Program-made: the position numbers and the translations under genes | Notes under the pieces: model-generated | The model's input: the letters and a program-made list of their open reading frames with translations, nothing else | Databases searched by the model: none | What the model was told of the DNA's origin: nothing | In this document: one piece after another, positions 43,772 through 53,143 of the stretch | Numbering within the stretch: the first letter of the stretch is position 1 | Layout of the letters: each line of letters starts with the position of its first letter | From: Thecamonas trahens ATCC 50062 | Taxonomy: Eukaryota; Protista; Apusomonadida | Assembly (NCBI RefSeq): GCF_000142905.1 | Contig: NW_013657655.1 | Coordinates: 372,001-436,000, forward strand | Direction of reading: 5' to 3' | Length of the DNA stretch: 64,000 nucleotides

Positions 43772-46700
43772 TCACAAGCTGCCGAGCTGGCCAGCGTTGA
43801 CCAGGTCAAGGAGCTCGGCGATGGTAGGGCGGAGGGCCGGATCAGTGTCCCAGCAGCGGGCCACAGTCTCGCGCACGCCGTTGGGCAGCAGGTCGACAGC
43901 TGGCCGCCAGCCGGAGAGCAGCCGGTAGCCGACCTCGAGCGCGTTTTCGCCGCGGAAGGCGGCCTGGCCAGTGGAGAGCTCGTAGAGGAGCGAGCCAAAG
44001 ATAAAGACGTCGGTCTCCGGGCGGGAAGCTTCGCCGCGCAGCGTTTCAGGTGCGGTGTACGCTGCCGAGGGAATGGCGGTCATCGTTCCGAGGTGCATGC
44101 GAAGGATGTCCATGCCAAAGTCGGTGAGCGCCACGGCGGCGACTCGCGGCCGGGTTAGTGCCGGTTCCGTGCGGAGCTTGACAAAGACGTTGTTTGGCGA
44201 GAGTGCACCGTGGCCGGCGCCGGTGGCGGCGTGCAGCGCCGCGAGCGCTACAAGCAGGCATTTGACCAGGCACAGTCTGTCTAACGACGACATTGAGCCC
44301 GCGGCCTCAGTCATGGACGGATGGTTGAGCTGTGCAAAGACGACAGCGATGTACGGGCTCTCGACGCAAAGCCCGACCGGCCCGGCGAGCGCCGAGTGTG
44401 CTCCTCCCGCGCGCGAGGCCTTGGCTGTGCTGGCAGCAACACTGATGAGCTGCGCAGGCTCGAACCGCTGCTTCAGCAGAACCTTGACGGCAACAGGGCC
44501 AAGCGGTGTTGTTGCCGAGTAAACGGTGGCGTACGAGCCGAGCTCCCGCTTCCCGCCCTGGCCAATCAGCGCCGCGATGTCCCGGGCTGAGTACAGCGTC
44601 ATGAGGCCTGCTGGCTGCGAGCGGCGCATTGACATGGAGTGCGTCAGCGAGGCGGAGAAAGACGTGTCGTGTGGGAGGCCGATGATTGCATCGACTTCAG
44701 CGAACGACTGGCCCACGTCAGGGTGTGAGCTCATGTCATCAGCGAGGACAGTTCCGAGGTTGTCGTCGATGGACGCAAGAGCGGTCTCGTCGTCCGACAC
44801 AAGCGCCTCGTCGGCGTCGTTGCTTGACTCAGTCAGTGCGCTCGGGCCGGCGACATCACCGTTGGTCCGCGTATCTACGCGCGGCTTGGGCTTTTGCTTA
44901 ATGCGGAAGAGGAGGGCCGCATCGGCGGCCACAGGCTCGACAAGCAGCTGGTCATGCCCGGGCATGGCCATGTCGTCAAAGAGCGACGGCCCAATGTAGA
45001 CGCCCGGTTCGAGGCTGGTTAGGCCGCCGGGACTGGTCGACTCGCAACGTGAAAGCGACGACACCGAGTCTGTGTCGGTCGGCTCGAGCCGGAGGAGCGA
45101 CGGCGGGAGCGAGCCGCCAAATGCGGCCTGCCATACGTCCTTCAGCTCGTCCATGACCGCGCCGTGGAAGACGAGCTCGTCGGCAGTCGACGGCGCCGCA
45201 CCCTGAGCCGTCGAGGTGAAGACCTGCAGCGCCGAGGTCGAGGTGATACTACCATGCGCAGCGACGGCAAGCAGCGGGCCAACACGCTTACAAATGGAGA
45301 GTATGCCTTGTATGACGTTGCCGAGCTGGCGCGGATCCTGCAGCGAGATAGTGACCGATTCAAGGGTCCACGAGAGGATGGCGCCGTGGGCCTGGGTCGC
45401 CACCACGCGCGTCCTAGCGTGGAATCGACGCAGAGCCTGGGCGGTGGCGTCCGGGGCCAGAATGAGACGCGAGCCGAGTTTGGCGACGACGACGTGGACG
45501 AGGACAACCGAGCCCGACGGAGCGGCCGGTGACGACGGCGGAATGACGTTAGTTGGGTCATAGAGCGAGGCGAGGCGCGAAACAATCTGGGCCGGCAGTG
45601 GCCGCGCCACCGGGTCGTGATGCCAGAGCGCCTGAATGAGCGAGCGAAGCTGGCTGAGCTGCGGCGGAACGGCGCGGATGTCTGGCCGGCGGCCGTGGAT
45701 GACGTCGAGGGCAAGCGCCAGCGGGTTGACTTGCGGGTAGAGCTCTGCGCGGGATGCCAGCTCCCATAGTGTGATGCCGAGCGCGTACATGTCGGACGCG
45801 GTGGTGAGCGCGGTGCTGCCGCCGATAAGCACCTCAGGCGCGGCCCAGAAAATGGAGCCGACATTGGGTCCGGTGCCTGCGGCCGACGTCTCTGTGGTCA
45901 TTGGCGACTGAGGCGGCGTGAGCCGTGGCGTGGTCGAGTGCTCTGGGACCGGGCCGACCTTGTTCCTACGGCGGGTGCGGGTCGCTGATGCGCGGCTGTC
46001 GTGTGCGCCGCCCGATTCAAAGAGCGAGATCGACATACCGGTTGTGACCAACTCCTGAGCGCCGTCCGAGGCGTCGATATTGACTGGGCGCCCGGCGGGT
46101 GTGGCAGGCGCAGAAGAGTTGGCGGCGTTCATGCAGAGCGCGGGCAAGGGCTGACCGGTTGGCGCCTTGATTGAGGCGAGGCCAAAGTCGGCAATCTTGG
46201 GTACCCAGTTTCCGTCAAAGAGCACGTTGAGCGACTTGAAATCGCCGTGGACGACGCCGGCGTGTGCCAGATACTGCAGGCCAAGGGCAATGTGGTGGGC
46301 CCAGCGGAGGACAATAGACGAGTCGAGGAAGAATGCGTCTGAGGCGAGGACGTCGGCGAGATTCCCGCGCGACATAAACTCGGTCACAATCGCCGGCGGA
46401 TCGAGGTGGATGCCCATGAAGAGCACAATGTTGGGGTGACGGAGGCGGAGGAGCATGCTCGCCTCGTCGACAAACTCACGCATCTGCCGGCCCTGCAGCG
46501 GGCCTGCACGGGTTCTCTTGACAGCCACCTGGGTCCCGCGCCACATGCCGCGGTAGACGACGCCATATGAGCCGGTACCCACCACCGGCCCGAGGCTCAC
46601 GTCCTCGGCTGGGATGACCAGCTCGGCGTCCGACTGGAGGCGGAAGGTGGTGACCGACCGGTGGCGGAGAACGATGATGGCGACGACAGCAACAACGGCG

Positions 46701-48367
46701 GAGCAGACGCACGCGGCCGCGAGCGCGATGGCGACAACAGCCGCAGTTGAGAGCGCACCCGCCGACATGCTCACAGACCGAGAAGGTGGCGAGAGCTTAA
46801 GGGTGTACCCGAGGCGAAGTTCAGACGAGACCTGTAGACCAGGAGCGTGCGCGATGGCGCGGATCTCGTGGGCACCGTCAGTGGAGAGCGAGATATGCTG
46901 GGCAAAAACGAGGGCGTCGGTAGTCGGCTTGGTCCCATCAAGAGTGTAGTAGAGAGTGGCGCCGCGGGTGAGGCTCGAGAGGACAACCGCAAGCTCGTCG
47001 GTGTATGTGCCAGACGGATGCGAGGCTGTCGGTGCGACGGTAAGCGAGAGGATTGACGCGAGGCGGACGGCCTCCAGGCTCGGAAGCTCGGCGTCAAAGT
47101 GGGCGGCCAGAGCGGTGGCGGATCGATTGGCCATGGCGTCAAGGCCAAAGGAGAAGGCGCTGTACTCGAGGACGAGATCAATGACGCCAAAGCCAGCAAG
47201 CGAGCGCTCAAAGATGTCCGAGGCAGCCGCGAGCTTGGCCTTGGCCACTTCCGAGCGCGGGTGTGTGACGAGCGAAAAGAGTGAGGGTCGCAGCGGCAAG
47301 CCCGACATGACGCTTGCGGCGGTGAAGGCAGCGGCATAGTGGGTCGTGTTCCCGGCGTGGGCAACAAATGCCATGGCCTCATCTGGGTGAAGGGCGGTGC
47401 GCGGGACAGCAAGAGTGACGAGCGTCATTAGAACGCCCGGGATCGAGTTTGGCGGCGCCGAGCCACGAGCGCCATCGTAGGCCGGAAAGACAAAGGCACC
47501 GATGTCAGCGGAGGGCATGCCCGCGAGGATGGGAAACATGGTAAAGGCTTCAAAGCCGCAGAACATGGCAACGTGGCCATGGGCCATGTCCTGAGGCAAA
47601 TACGGGGCCGTGCCGTTGACGTGTGGGTTGGGCACCCCAAGATAGCCGGCGGTCATCAGATCGGCGAGCTCGTCAAAGGTGGCACGGACTCGCGGATCGG
47701 TGAATGCGATGCGGCCGTTGAAGAACTTTTTGTAGAAAGCGTTGCCATGCATCCGCAGCGCAAGCTCGTCAAAGTACGCAGTGTTGGGAAAGAGCGGCGT
47801 GTCAGCGGCGAGACAGCCGATACCGGCGGCGGTCACGGCGGCGCACACAGCCTTGAGCTCCGAGAGGGTGCGCGGCGGCGAGAGGCCAAGCGCGTCAAAG
47901 ATTGGCACCGAGTACATGCACATGTTAGGCTCGGCCGAGATAGGGACAGCGTACATGGCGCCGTCTGCGCCGCGCGAGCGGGCGATGGCAGCAGGCACAA
48001 CGTCGTCCCACACGCCAAGCGCATCCCACACGTGGTCGAGAGGATAGTAGTTGTCGCCAGTCAGCAGATTGAGGCCACCACCACCAAGGTATGATGGTAC
48101 AACGTCTGCACCACGCGAGGCTTGTAGCCATGGGGTGTACTTTGAGGCATCGGGTGAGAAGGCGACGTAGATGAGGTCTGCTTGGGCACCTTCTGGGCGG
48201 CTGTTGTACTCGTTGACGAGAGCGGCGAACGCGGGCGAGGTACCAATGCGAGGATCAATGGAGGTGTATACCCGTAGCCTCGGACGTAGCCCGTGGACAC
48301 CGTTCATCCACACCAGCAACCACACCAGCAACCACACAAGCACCAGCCCGCTCCTCGATGCGTTCAT
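43772..48367 (-). CDS. Receptor-type TKL kinase: signal peptide, ABC-type solute-binding ectodomain, Fn3-associated/CHB_HEX_C domain, TM, kinase, degenerate cyclase-like domain, pseudokinase
   Basis: ATG 48367. DGAMYAVP, GLSPPRTLSEL (SBP family 1). PSGTY...LYYTLDGTKPT. Kinase 1 GTGSYG/VAVK/HGDFKSLN/DFG/APE. Kinase 2 HGALSPNN/DFG/APE. Confidence 0.85.
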   Translation of the reverse strand: MNASRSGLVLVWLLVWLLVWMNGVHGLRPRLRVYTSIDPRIGTSPAFAALVNEYNSRPEGAQADLIYVAFSPDASKYTPWLQASRGADVVPSYLGGGGLNLLTGDNYYPLDHVWDALGVWDDVVPAAIARSRGADGAMYAVPISAEPNMCMYSVPIFDALGLSPPRTLSELKAVCAAVTAAGIGCLAADTPLFPNTAYFDELALRMHGNAFYKKFFNGRIAFTDPRVRATFDELADLMTAGYLGVPNPHVNGTAPYLPQDMAHGHVAMFCGFEAFTMFPILAGMPSADIGAFVFPAYDGARGSAPPNSIPGVLMTLVTLAVPRTALHPDEAMAFVAHAGNTTHYAAAFTAASVMSGLPLRPSLFSLVTHPRSEVAKAKLAAASDIFERSLAGFGVIDLVLEYSAFSFGLDAMANRSATALAAHFDAELPSLEAVRLASILSLTVAPTASHPSGTYTDELAVVLSSLTRGATLYYTLDGTKPTTDALVFAQHISLSTDGAHEIRAIAHAPGLQVSSELRLGYTLKLSPPSRSVSMSAGALSTAAVVAIALAAACVCSAVVAVVAIIVLRHRSVTTFRLQSDAELVIPAEDVSLGPVVGTGSYGVVYRGMWRGTQVAVKRTRAGPLQGRQMREFVDEASMLLRLRHPNIVLFMGIHLDPPAIVTEFMSRGNLADVLASDAFFLDSSIVLRWAHHIALGLQYLAHAGVVHGDFKSLNVLFDGNWVPKIADFGLASIKAPTGQPLPALCMNAANSSAPATPAGRPVNIDASDGAQELVTTGMSISLFESGGAHDSRASATRTRRRNKVGPVPEHSTTPRLTPPQSPMTTETSAAGTGPNVGSIFWAAPEVLIGGSTALTTASDMYALGITLWELASRAELYPQVNPLALALDVIHGRRPDIRAVPPQLSQLRSLIQALWHHDPVARPLPAQIVSRLASLYDPTNVIPPSSPAAPSGSVVLVHVVVAKLGSRLILAPDATAQALRRFHARTRVVATQAHGAILSWTLESVTISLQDPRQLGNVIQGILSICKRVGPLLAVAAHGSITSTSALQVFTSTAQGAAPSTADELVFHGAVMDELKDVWQAAFGGSLPPSLLRLEPTDTDSVSSLSRCESTSPGGLTSLEPGVYIGPSLFDDMAMPGHDQLLVEPVAADAALLFRIKQKPKPRVDTRTNGDVAGPSALTESSNDADEALVSDDETALASIDDNLGTVLADDMSSHPDVGQSFAEVDAIIGLPHDTSFSASLTHSMSMRRSQPAGLMTLYSARDIAALIGQGGKRELGSYATVYSATTPLGPVAVKVLLKQRFEPAQLISVAASTAKASRAGGAHSALAGPVGLCVESPYIAVVFAQLNHPSMTEAAGSMSSLDRLCLVKCLLVALAALHAATGAGHGALSPNNVFVKLRTEPALTRPRVAAVALTDFGMDILRMHLGTMTAIPSAAYTAPETLRGEASRPETDVFIFGSLLYELSTGQAAFRGENALEVGYRLLSGWRPAVDLLPNGVRETVARCWDTDPALRPTIAELLDLVNAGQLGSL

Positions 48368-48886
48368 ACTGTGGTGGTGGAGGCGACAGCCGAGTTTTTC
48401 TCCCCCAGCACGTGGAAGAGGAACGGAACGGAGGTATGCACGTATGTGCCTGTGTGCAAGGAGTGGTATGGGGTGGGTGGGGGGGGGTGGGGTGGAGGGG
48501 GCAGGGTGGGGGGTGGGGGTGTGGGGGTGTGGAGTGGGGAGGGTACGGTTGAGGAGTGTGGGGTGTGGGGGGGGCGAGGGCTGTAATGGTGGTATGATGG
48601 TGCCGACTTTGGTTGGAGTGAAGAGCGAGTTTGTCTGGTTGGGTCTGGGGATGAGGTTACCGGGATTGGGAGCCAGGATGAAGGCGAAGGGGAAGAAGAG
48701 TGGGGGTAGGGGGGGGGTAGGGATTGGAGGGTGTGTGTGGTGGTGGTGGTGATGGGTGCGGGTGTGTCTGGGGTTAGTGTAGGTTGCAAACGTGTGGCAG
48801 GTAGTGTGATGAGGTTGGTCAATCAAGGACGTGTGCACACTAATTGGCAGAGCATGTGAAAAGGGCGTGGGCGTGACGGAGCGGTG

Positions 48887-49882
48887 CTACCAGTCAGCGC
48901 GCGGACCAAAGACGCCATTTGTCATCTTGGTATCACGGGGGATGACGGCGCCAGAGATCCACTGCGTAGCGACAAAGTCCTTGTGGCGGGCGGCGTATTC
49001 GGGGTTCATCTTGCCACGCTGGTTGACTTCAGGCGCATGCGGACGTTCAGCAAACTTGAGCCAACAGTCGCCCTTGGTGTGTGTGTGTGCGTCGGGCTCG
49101 AAGCACTCGTCGTCAGGGCAGTAGACCCAGAGGTTGCAGGGGAACTGATTGGCTTTGAGGTCGGGCTCAAAGTTGTAGCAGTCGAGAGCGCACTCGTAAG
49201 GTGAGTCCTTCTTGTTGTGTGGGCCCCACTTGACACCGATGCCGTCGTATGAGGCGCCGCGCTCCATCCAGACGGCGTAACCGTCGTTCGACTCGCCGCG
49301 GGCGATCCAGTCGGCCATGGTCGACGACTCGCCAAGGCAAGTCAGATTGACATGCTTGTAGCCATCGATGGCCGGCGATCCGCAATCGAGCGGCTCCAGG
49401 CTATCGCCGTCGTCGATCTTAGTTCCGTGGACGTTGACATCAAAGATGCGGATGCCGCGGTAGTCGACGACGCCGGCATCGTCCTCCGCCGCAGCATGCT
49501 CGACGTCTGTGACCGGAAGCACGTCGCGATGTGACTCTGCAGCGTGGATGCGCGCCGACTCGCCGTGGGCATCGTCCTGGGCCGTCTCGTCGCCAGCGTC
49601 GTCGCCTGCTGAGCCAAGCGCGTCCACGGCGGTGGCTTCGGCCAGGGAAGGCTCCTTTTGCGACGGATGACGCGTGTGCGGGCGTGAGTCTGAGCGTGTG
49701 TGCGAGTCCGAGTGCGGGTGCATGCGATCGGCGTCAGGCGAGTTTGGGAGATGGAGCTTGTGGGTGAAGAGCACGGTCCGCATGCGAGCTTCTGCCGAGT
49801 CCTTGTTCTTGGAGCTGAGCAGCAGGGCTGTGGCTGCGGTGAGGAGGACTGCTGCGAGGACCACATATCCACCCTTGCGCAT
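48887..49882 (-). CDS. Signal-anchored protein with C-terminal PAN/Apple-like domain
   Basis: N-terminal hydrophobic segment; VKWG...ECALDC...CNLWVYC...C...GDCWLK...WISG cysteine pattern. Confidence 0.65.
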   Translation of the reverse strand: MRKGGYVVLAAVLLTAATALLLSSKNKDSAEARMRTVLFTHKLHLPNSPDADRMHPHSDSHTRSDSRPHTRHPSQKEPSLAEATAVDALGSAGDDAGDETAQDDAHGESARIHAAESHRDVLPVTDVEHAAAEDDAGVVDYRGIRIFDVNVHGTKIDDGDSLEPLDCGSPAIDGYKHVNLTCLGESSTMADWIARGESNDGYAVWMERGASYDGIGVKWGPHNKKDSPYECALDCYNFEPDLKANQFPCNLWVYCPDDECFEPDAHTHTKGDCWLKFAERPHAPEVNQRGKMNPEYAARHKDFVATQWISGAVIPRDTKMTNGVFGPRADW

Positions 49883-49883
49883 G

Positions 49884-49938
49884 GTATGTATGTATGTATG
49901 TATGTATGTATGTATGTATGTATGTATGTATGTATGTA

Positions 49939-50002
<64 letters not shown>
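49884..50002. repeat. Compound microsatellite (TATG)n(TG)n
   Basis: Directly visible, immediately upstream of ATG 49882. Confidence 0.95.
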
Positions 50003-50003
<1 letters not shown>

Positions 50004-50106
50004 TGGTGGTGGGTGGGTCGGTAGGTGGCGGTGGCGGTGGCGGAGTGAGTGACACCTCACGCAGACACCGAGCGGGCGCGAGGGCGGACGGCGACAAGTC
50101 GAACAG

Positions 50107-50952
50107 ATGTTCCGATGGGCGTTCCGAGTGGTGGGGACGGGGGCGGCGGCAGCAGGGCTTGCCGTCTACTACACCTCGGATGTGCAAAGCATTCCCATAC
50201 CGTCGTCGTCGCTGTTGGCAAAGGACGGGTCCGGGAGCCGTGACGCGTACGAGGTGGTGTTGAGAACGCAGAGCGAGAGGCGCCAAGCCGCGTCGGGCGG
50301 GAGTGTGGGCGGCGGGGGAGCACGAGGCCACACGCTACTGGCTGCAGCGTCGCCGGAGAGCCTCGCGCCAGCAGATTTGGTGCGGATCTGGCTGTCGTCG
50401 GCGGCGATGCTACCGGAGCGTGTGCTGCTGGATCCGCTGTTGCCACACGCGCCGCGTCCGCCGATGCCGACAGCGCCGCGGGCACCGGCGCTCCCGCGAT
50501 GGAGCGAGCTCGACTCGATGGCCGGCATCAAGGCCGCCGGAGGCGCGCTGGGCGTCGAGGCGGCGCGGTGGGTGTGCTGGCTCGGCAGGCTCGGCCTGTG
50601 GATCCTCCCTCGACCGGCCGAGGCTAACACACGGCGGCATCTGGAGGGCTTGCGCGGGCGGACCGGCGAAGTCGCGTTTGGCTTCCGCATTGTCGCCGTT
50701 GCCCCGCACCAGGTGCTTCTCACACCGGCGGCCGCCTCGTGGGGCCCGCTCGAGTGGCCGGCCGGTATGCGGACGTGGATCGCGGTCGAGGGCGACCGGG
50801 TCCGCTTCGGCTCGTCGTCGGGCGGGCTTGCTGACGACGGCTCGTTCCTCGCAACCGTCGCCTTTGCCTTTCATGACCTCTACTCGCGTGTCATTGTCAA
50901 GTCGCTGGCAAGTGCCATCGATAGCCATTTGCGGAACGCGGTGGACCTTTGA
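50107..50952 (+). CDS. Hypothetical protein, possibly mitochondrial and DUF2867-like
   Basis: 281-aa ORF with an N-terminal targeting-like segment, DAYEVVL, FRIVAVAPHQVLL and AFHDLYSRVIV. Family call tentative. Confidence 0.55.
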   Translation: MFRWAFRVVGTGAAAAGLAVYYTSDVQSIPIPSSSLLAKDGSGSRDAYEVVLRTQSERRQAASGGSVGGGGARGHTLLAAASPESLAPADLVRIWLSSAAMLPERVLLDPLLPHAPRPPMPTAPRAPALPRWSELDSMAGIKAAGGALGVEAARWVCWLGRLGLWILPRPAEANTRRHLEGLRGRTGEVAFGFRIVAVAPHQVLLTPAAASWGPLEWPAGMRTWIAVEGDRVRFGSSSGGLADDGSFLATVAFAFHDLYSRVIVKSLASAIDSHLRNAVDL

Positions 50953-50969
50953 CATGGGGGGGTGGCGCT

Positions 50970-52745
50970 CTATCCACGTGGGTGGGTACCAGACGGGGCC
51001 TGGAGCGAAAATCGCGGCAGGAGCGAGTCGCTAGGCGATGGCGGTCGGCGTGGCAGTCGGCGGCGTACAAGGGTAAACGGCATGGCGCGGATGGCCGAAA
51101 ATACGTTGTCGACGTCGGCCGAGGCGTGTGCGAGGAGCGTGTGGAGGTCTGCGGCCGAGGCGTGGAGGGTGGCCAGCGGGCGCTCACCAACGCCAGCCGC
51201 CATGATGGGGACGTCGGCGACGCGGTAGGCGGCGACGATGCGCTCGAGAAGGCGGATTCCCGATGCGTCGAGCGATGGCATGGCGGCAAGATCCAGGATG
51301 ACCGCGACTGGCGGGAGCGGATCGGTAAGGAGGCCCATGGCGGCAGCCTCTAGCCGCGGAACGGCGGGGAAGAGGAGCGGGCCGGCGAGGTGCAGAACAG
51401 TTGCATCCTCGACAAATGAGACCTCGATCCGCGGGTGGGAGTTGAGGTAGAGCAGGGCAACGATAGAGGCGCCAAGGCCAATGGCGATGCCGTAGGCAAT
51501 GCCGAGACCAAGGCAGGCAACAAAGGTGCAGCCGGCAACAGCAGTCTCAGCCGGCGACGTCCGCCAGAGAAAGACCCAGTGCGAGGCCTCGAACATCGGC
51601 ACAACGGCGGTGATGATGATGGCGGCGAGCGAGACCTTAGGAACAAAGCAAAAGAGCGTCGTGAGCAGGTTGATGGCGAGGAGGACAATGACAGACGACA
51701 TGATGCCGGCAAGCGGCGAGCGGGCGCCCGACCGCGATTGCACGGCCGAGCGCGAGAATGAGCCTGTGACCACAAAGGCCGAGGCAAACGAACCGAGCAC
51801 ATTGGCCATGCCCAGCGCAAAGAGCTCTTGCGAAGGCCCAACGTTGTAACCACGCGAGGCGCCGAATGCCTTGGCAATGGATATCGACTCAAGGAAGCCG
51901 ACGGCGGCTGCCAGCGGGACGTACGGGCCGATTGCGGCGCCGATGCGCGGGAGCGAGCCAAGCGAAGGGACGGTAAACGAGGAGGCAAAGACAGACGGCA
52001 CGTGGCCAGTGAGCGCAAATGGCGAGGAGGCACACGATGCACGGCAGTCAAGCGAGTGGCCGCAGGCGGCCTGATAGCCGACCACAAAGGCGGTACTGCC
52101 GAGGACGGCGATGGCGTTGCGAGCGGTGCCGAGGGCGCGGCAGAGCCGCGACGACGAGCCCCATGCGTCGCGAGCAGCCTTGAGAGCAACCACAACCGCG
52201 ACTCCTCCCATGCCCAAAAGCAGATCTGGCCAGTGGTCGCGGACATTGATGCCCCAGTGCTCAAAGGTGCGGACGACGTCGTCGTAGAACGAGACCGACG
52301 AGCCCGAGGAGCCAAAGAAGTGATGAAGCTGGCCAAAGCCGATGGTGACGGCAGCTGACGAGACAAAGCCATCGATGACGGGCGCAGAGAGGAACGAGAC
52401 CAAGCCGCCGGCGCGCACAAGGCTCGCCAGGATTTGGGTAGCGCCGGCCAAGAACGAGAGCACAGCCGCGGCAGCGACCTTGTCAGCGGGAGCCTCCATC
52501 GAGGCCACAGCATGTGCTACCATGAGCGACATGATGGCGGTTGGCCCGACAGCGATGTCGCGCGAAGTGCCGAGAACAGCATACACAAGGGGAGCAACCC
52601 ATGCCGAGAGCAGGCCGTACTCGACAGGAAGGGTGGCGATCGATGCGTAGGCGAGCGCTTGCGGGACGACCATGAGCCCGACAGTGACCCCAGCCTCAGC
52701 GTCGGCCAGCAGCCACGAGAAGGGGTAGGTACGGAGCCAGGTCAC
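50970..52745 (-). CDS. SLC26/SulP anion transporter with STAS domain
   Basis: AGVTVGLMVVPQALAYA, GTSRDIAVGPTA, SQELFALG, TGSFSRSA, STAS ILDLAAMPSLDASG. An in-frame stop just upstream means the true 5' exon is unresolved. Confidence 0.92.
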   Translation of the reverse strand: MTWLRTYPFSWLLADAEAGVTVGLMVVPQALAYASIATLPVEYGLLSAWVAPLVYAVLGTSRDIAVGPTAIMSLMVAHAVASMEAPADKVAAAAVLSFLAGATQILASLVRAGGLVSFLSAPVIDGFVSSAAVTIGFGQLHHFFGSSGSSVSFYDDVVRTFEHWGINVRDHWPDLLLGMGGVAVVVALKAARDAWGSSSRLCRALGTARNAIAVLGSTAFVVGYQAACGHSLDCRASCASSPFALTGHVPSVFASSFTVPSLGSLPRIGAAIGPYVPLAAAVGFLESISIAKAFGASRGYNVGPSQELFALGMANVLGSFASAFVVTGSFSRSAVQSRSGARSPLAGIMSSVIVLLAINLLTTLFCFVPKVSLAAIIITAVVPMFEASHWVFLWRTSPAETAVAGCTFVACLGLGIAYGIAIGLGASIVALLYLNSHPRIEVSFVEDATVLHLAGPLLFPAVPRLEAAAMGLLTDPLPPVAVILDLAAMPSLDASGIRLLERIVAAYRVADVPIMAAGVGERPLATLHASAADLHTLLAHASADVDNVFSAIRAMPFTLVRRRLPRRPPSPSDSLLPRFSLQAPSGTHPRG

Positions 52746-53143
52746 GATAGGGAGGTGCGGTAGTGGAAGCCTTGGGGGCGGTAGCGCATGCCCGGATCAT
52801 GGCCCATGTAGAGTTGGCACAAGAGCAAGTGCAGCTAGAGGTGTGGTTGGTGGCCGAGGTGCATGTCACGCGGACGGGGAGGGCGCCGGCGTGGGCCAGA
52901 ACCACTCGACGCGCGACAGTCAGCCGATTGTCTGCGTCTCTCCAATGCGTGCTGAATGATAGTTCTGTATCGGTGAAGGTTGCTAGGCGCAATTGATTGA
53001 TTGCGGGTGGTAGTGGTGACGTGGCACGTGGCGAGACGCAGTGCTGGCCAAAGTCGGCTGCGGCGATCGGCCAGGGCAAGTTGTGTGATGGAAAGGGCAT
53101 GACTCTGCGTTGTGTTTGCATTTTAGTCTGTGTAAGCTGTTAG

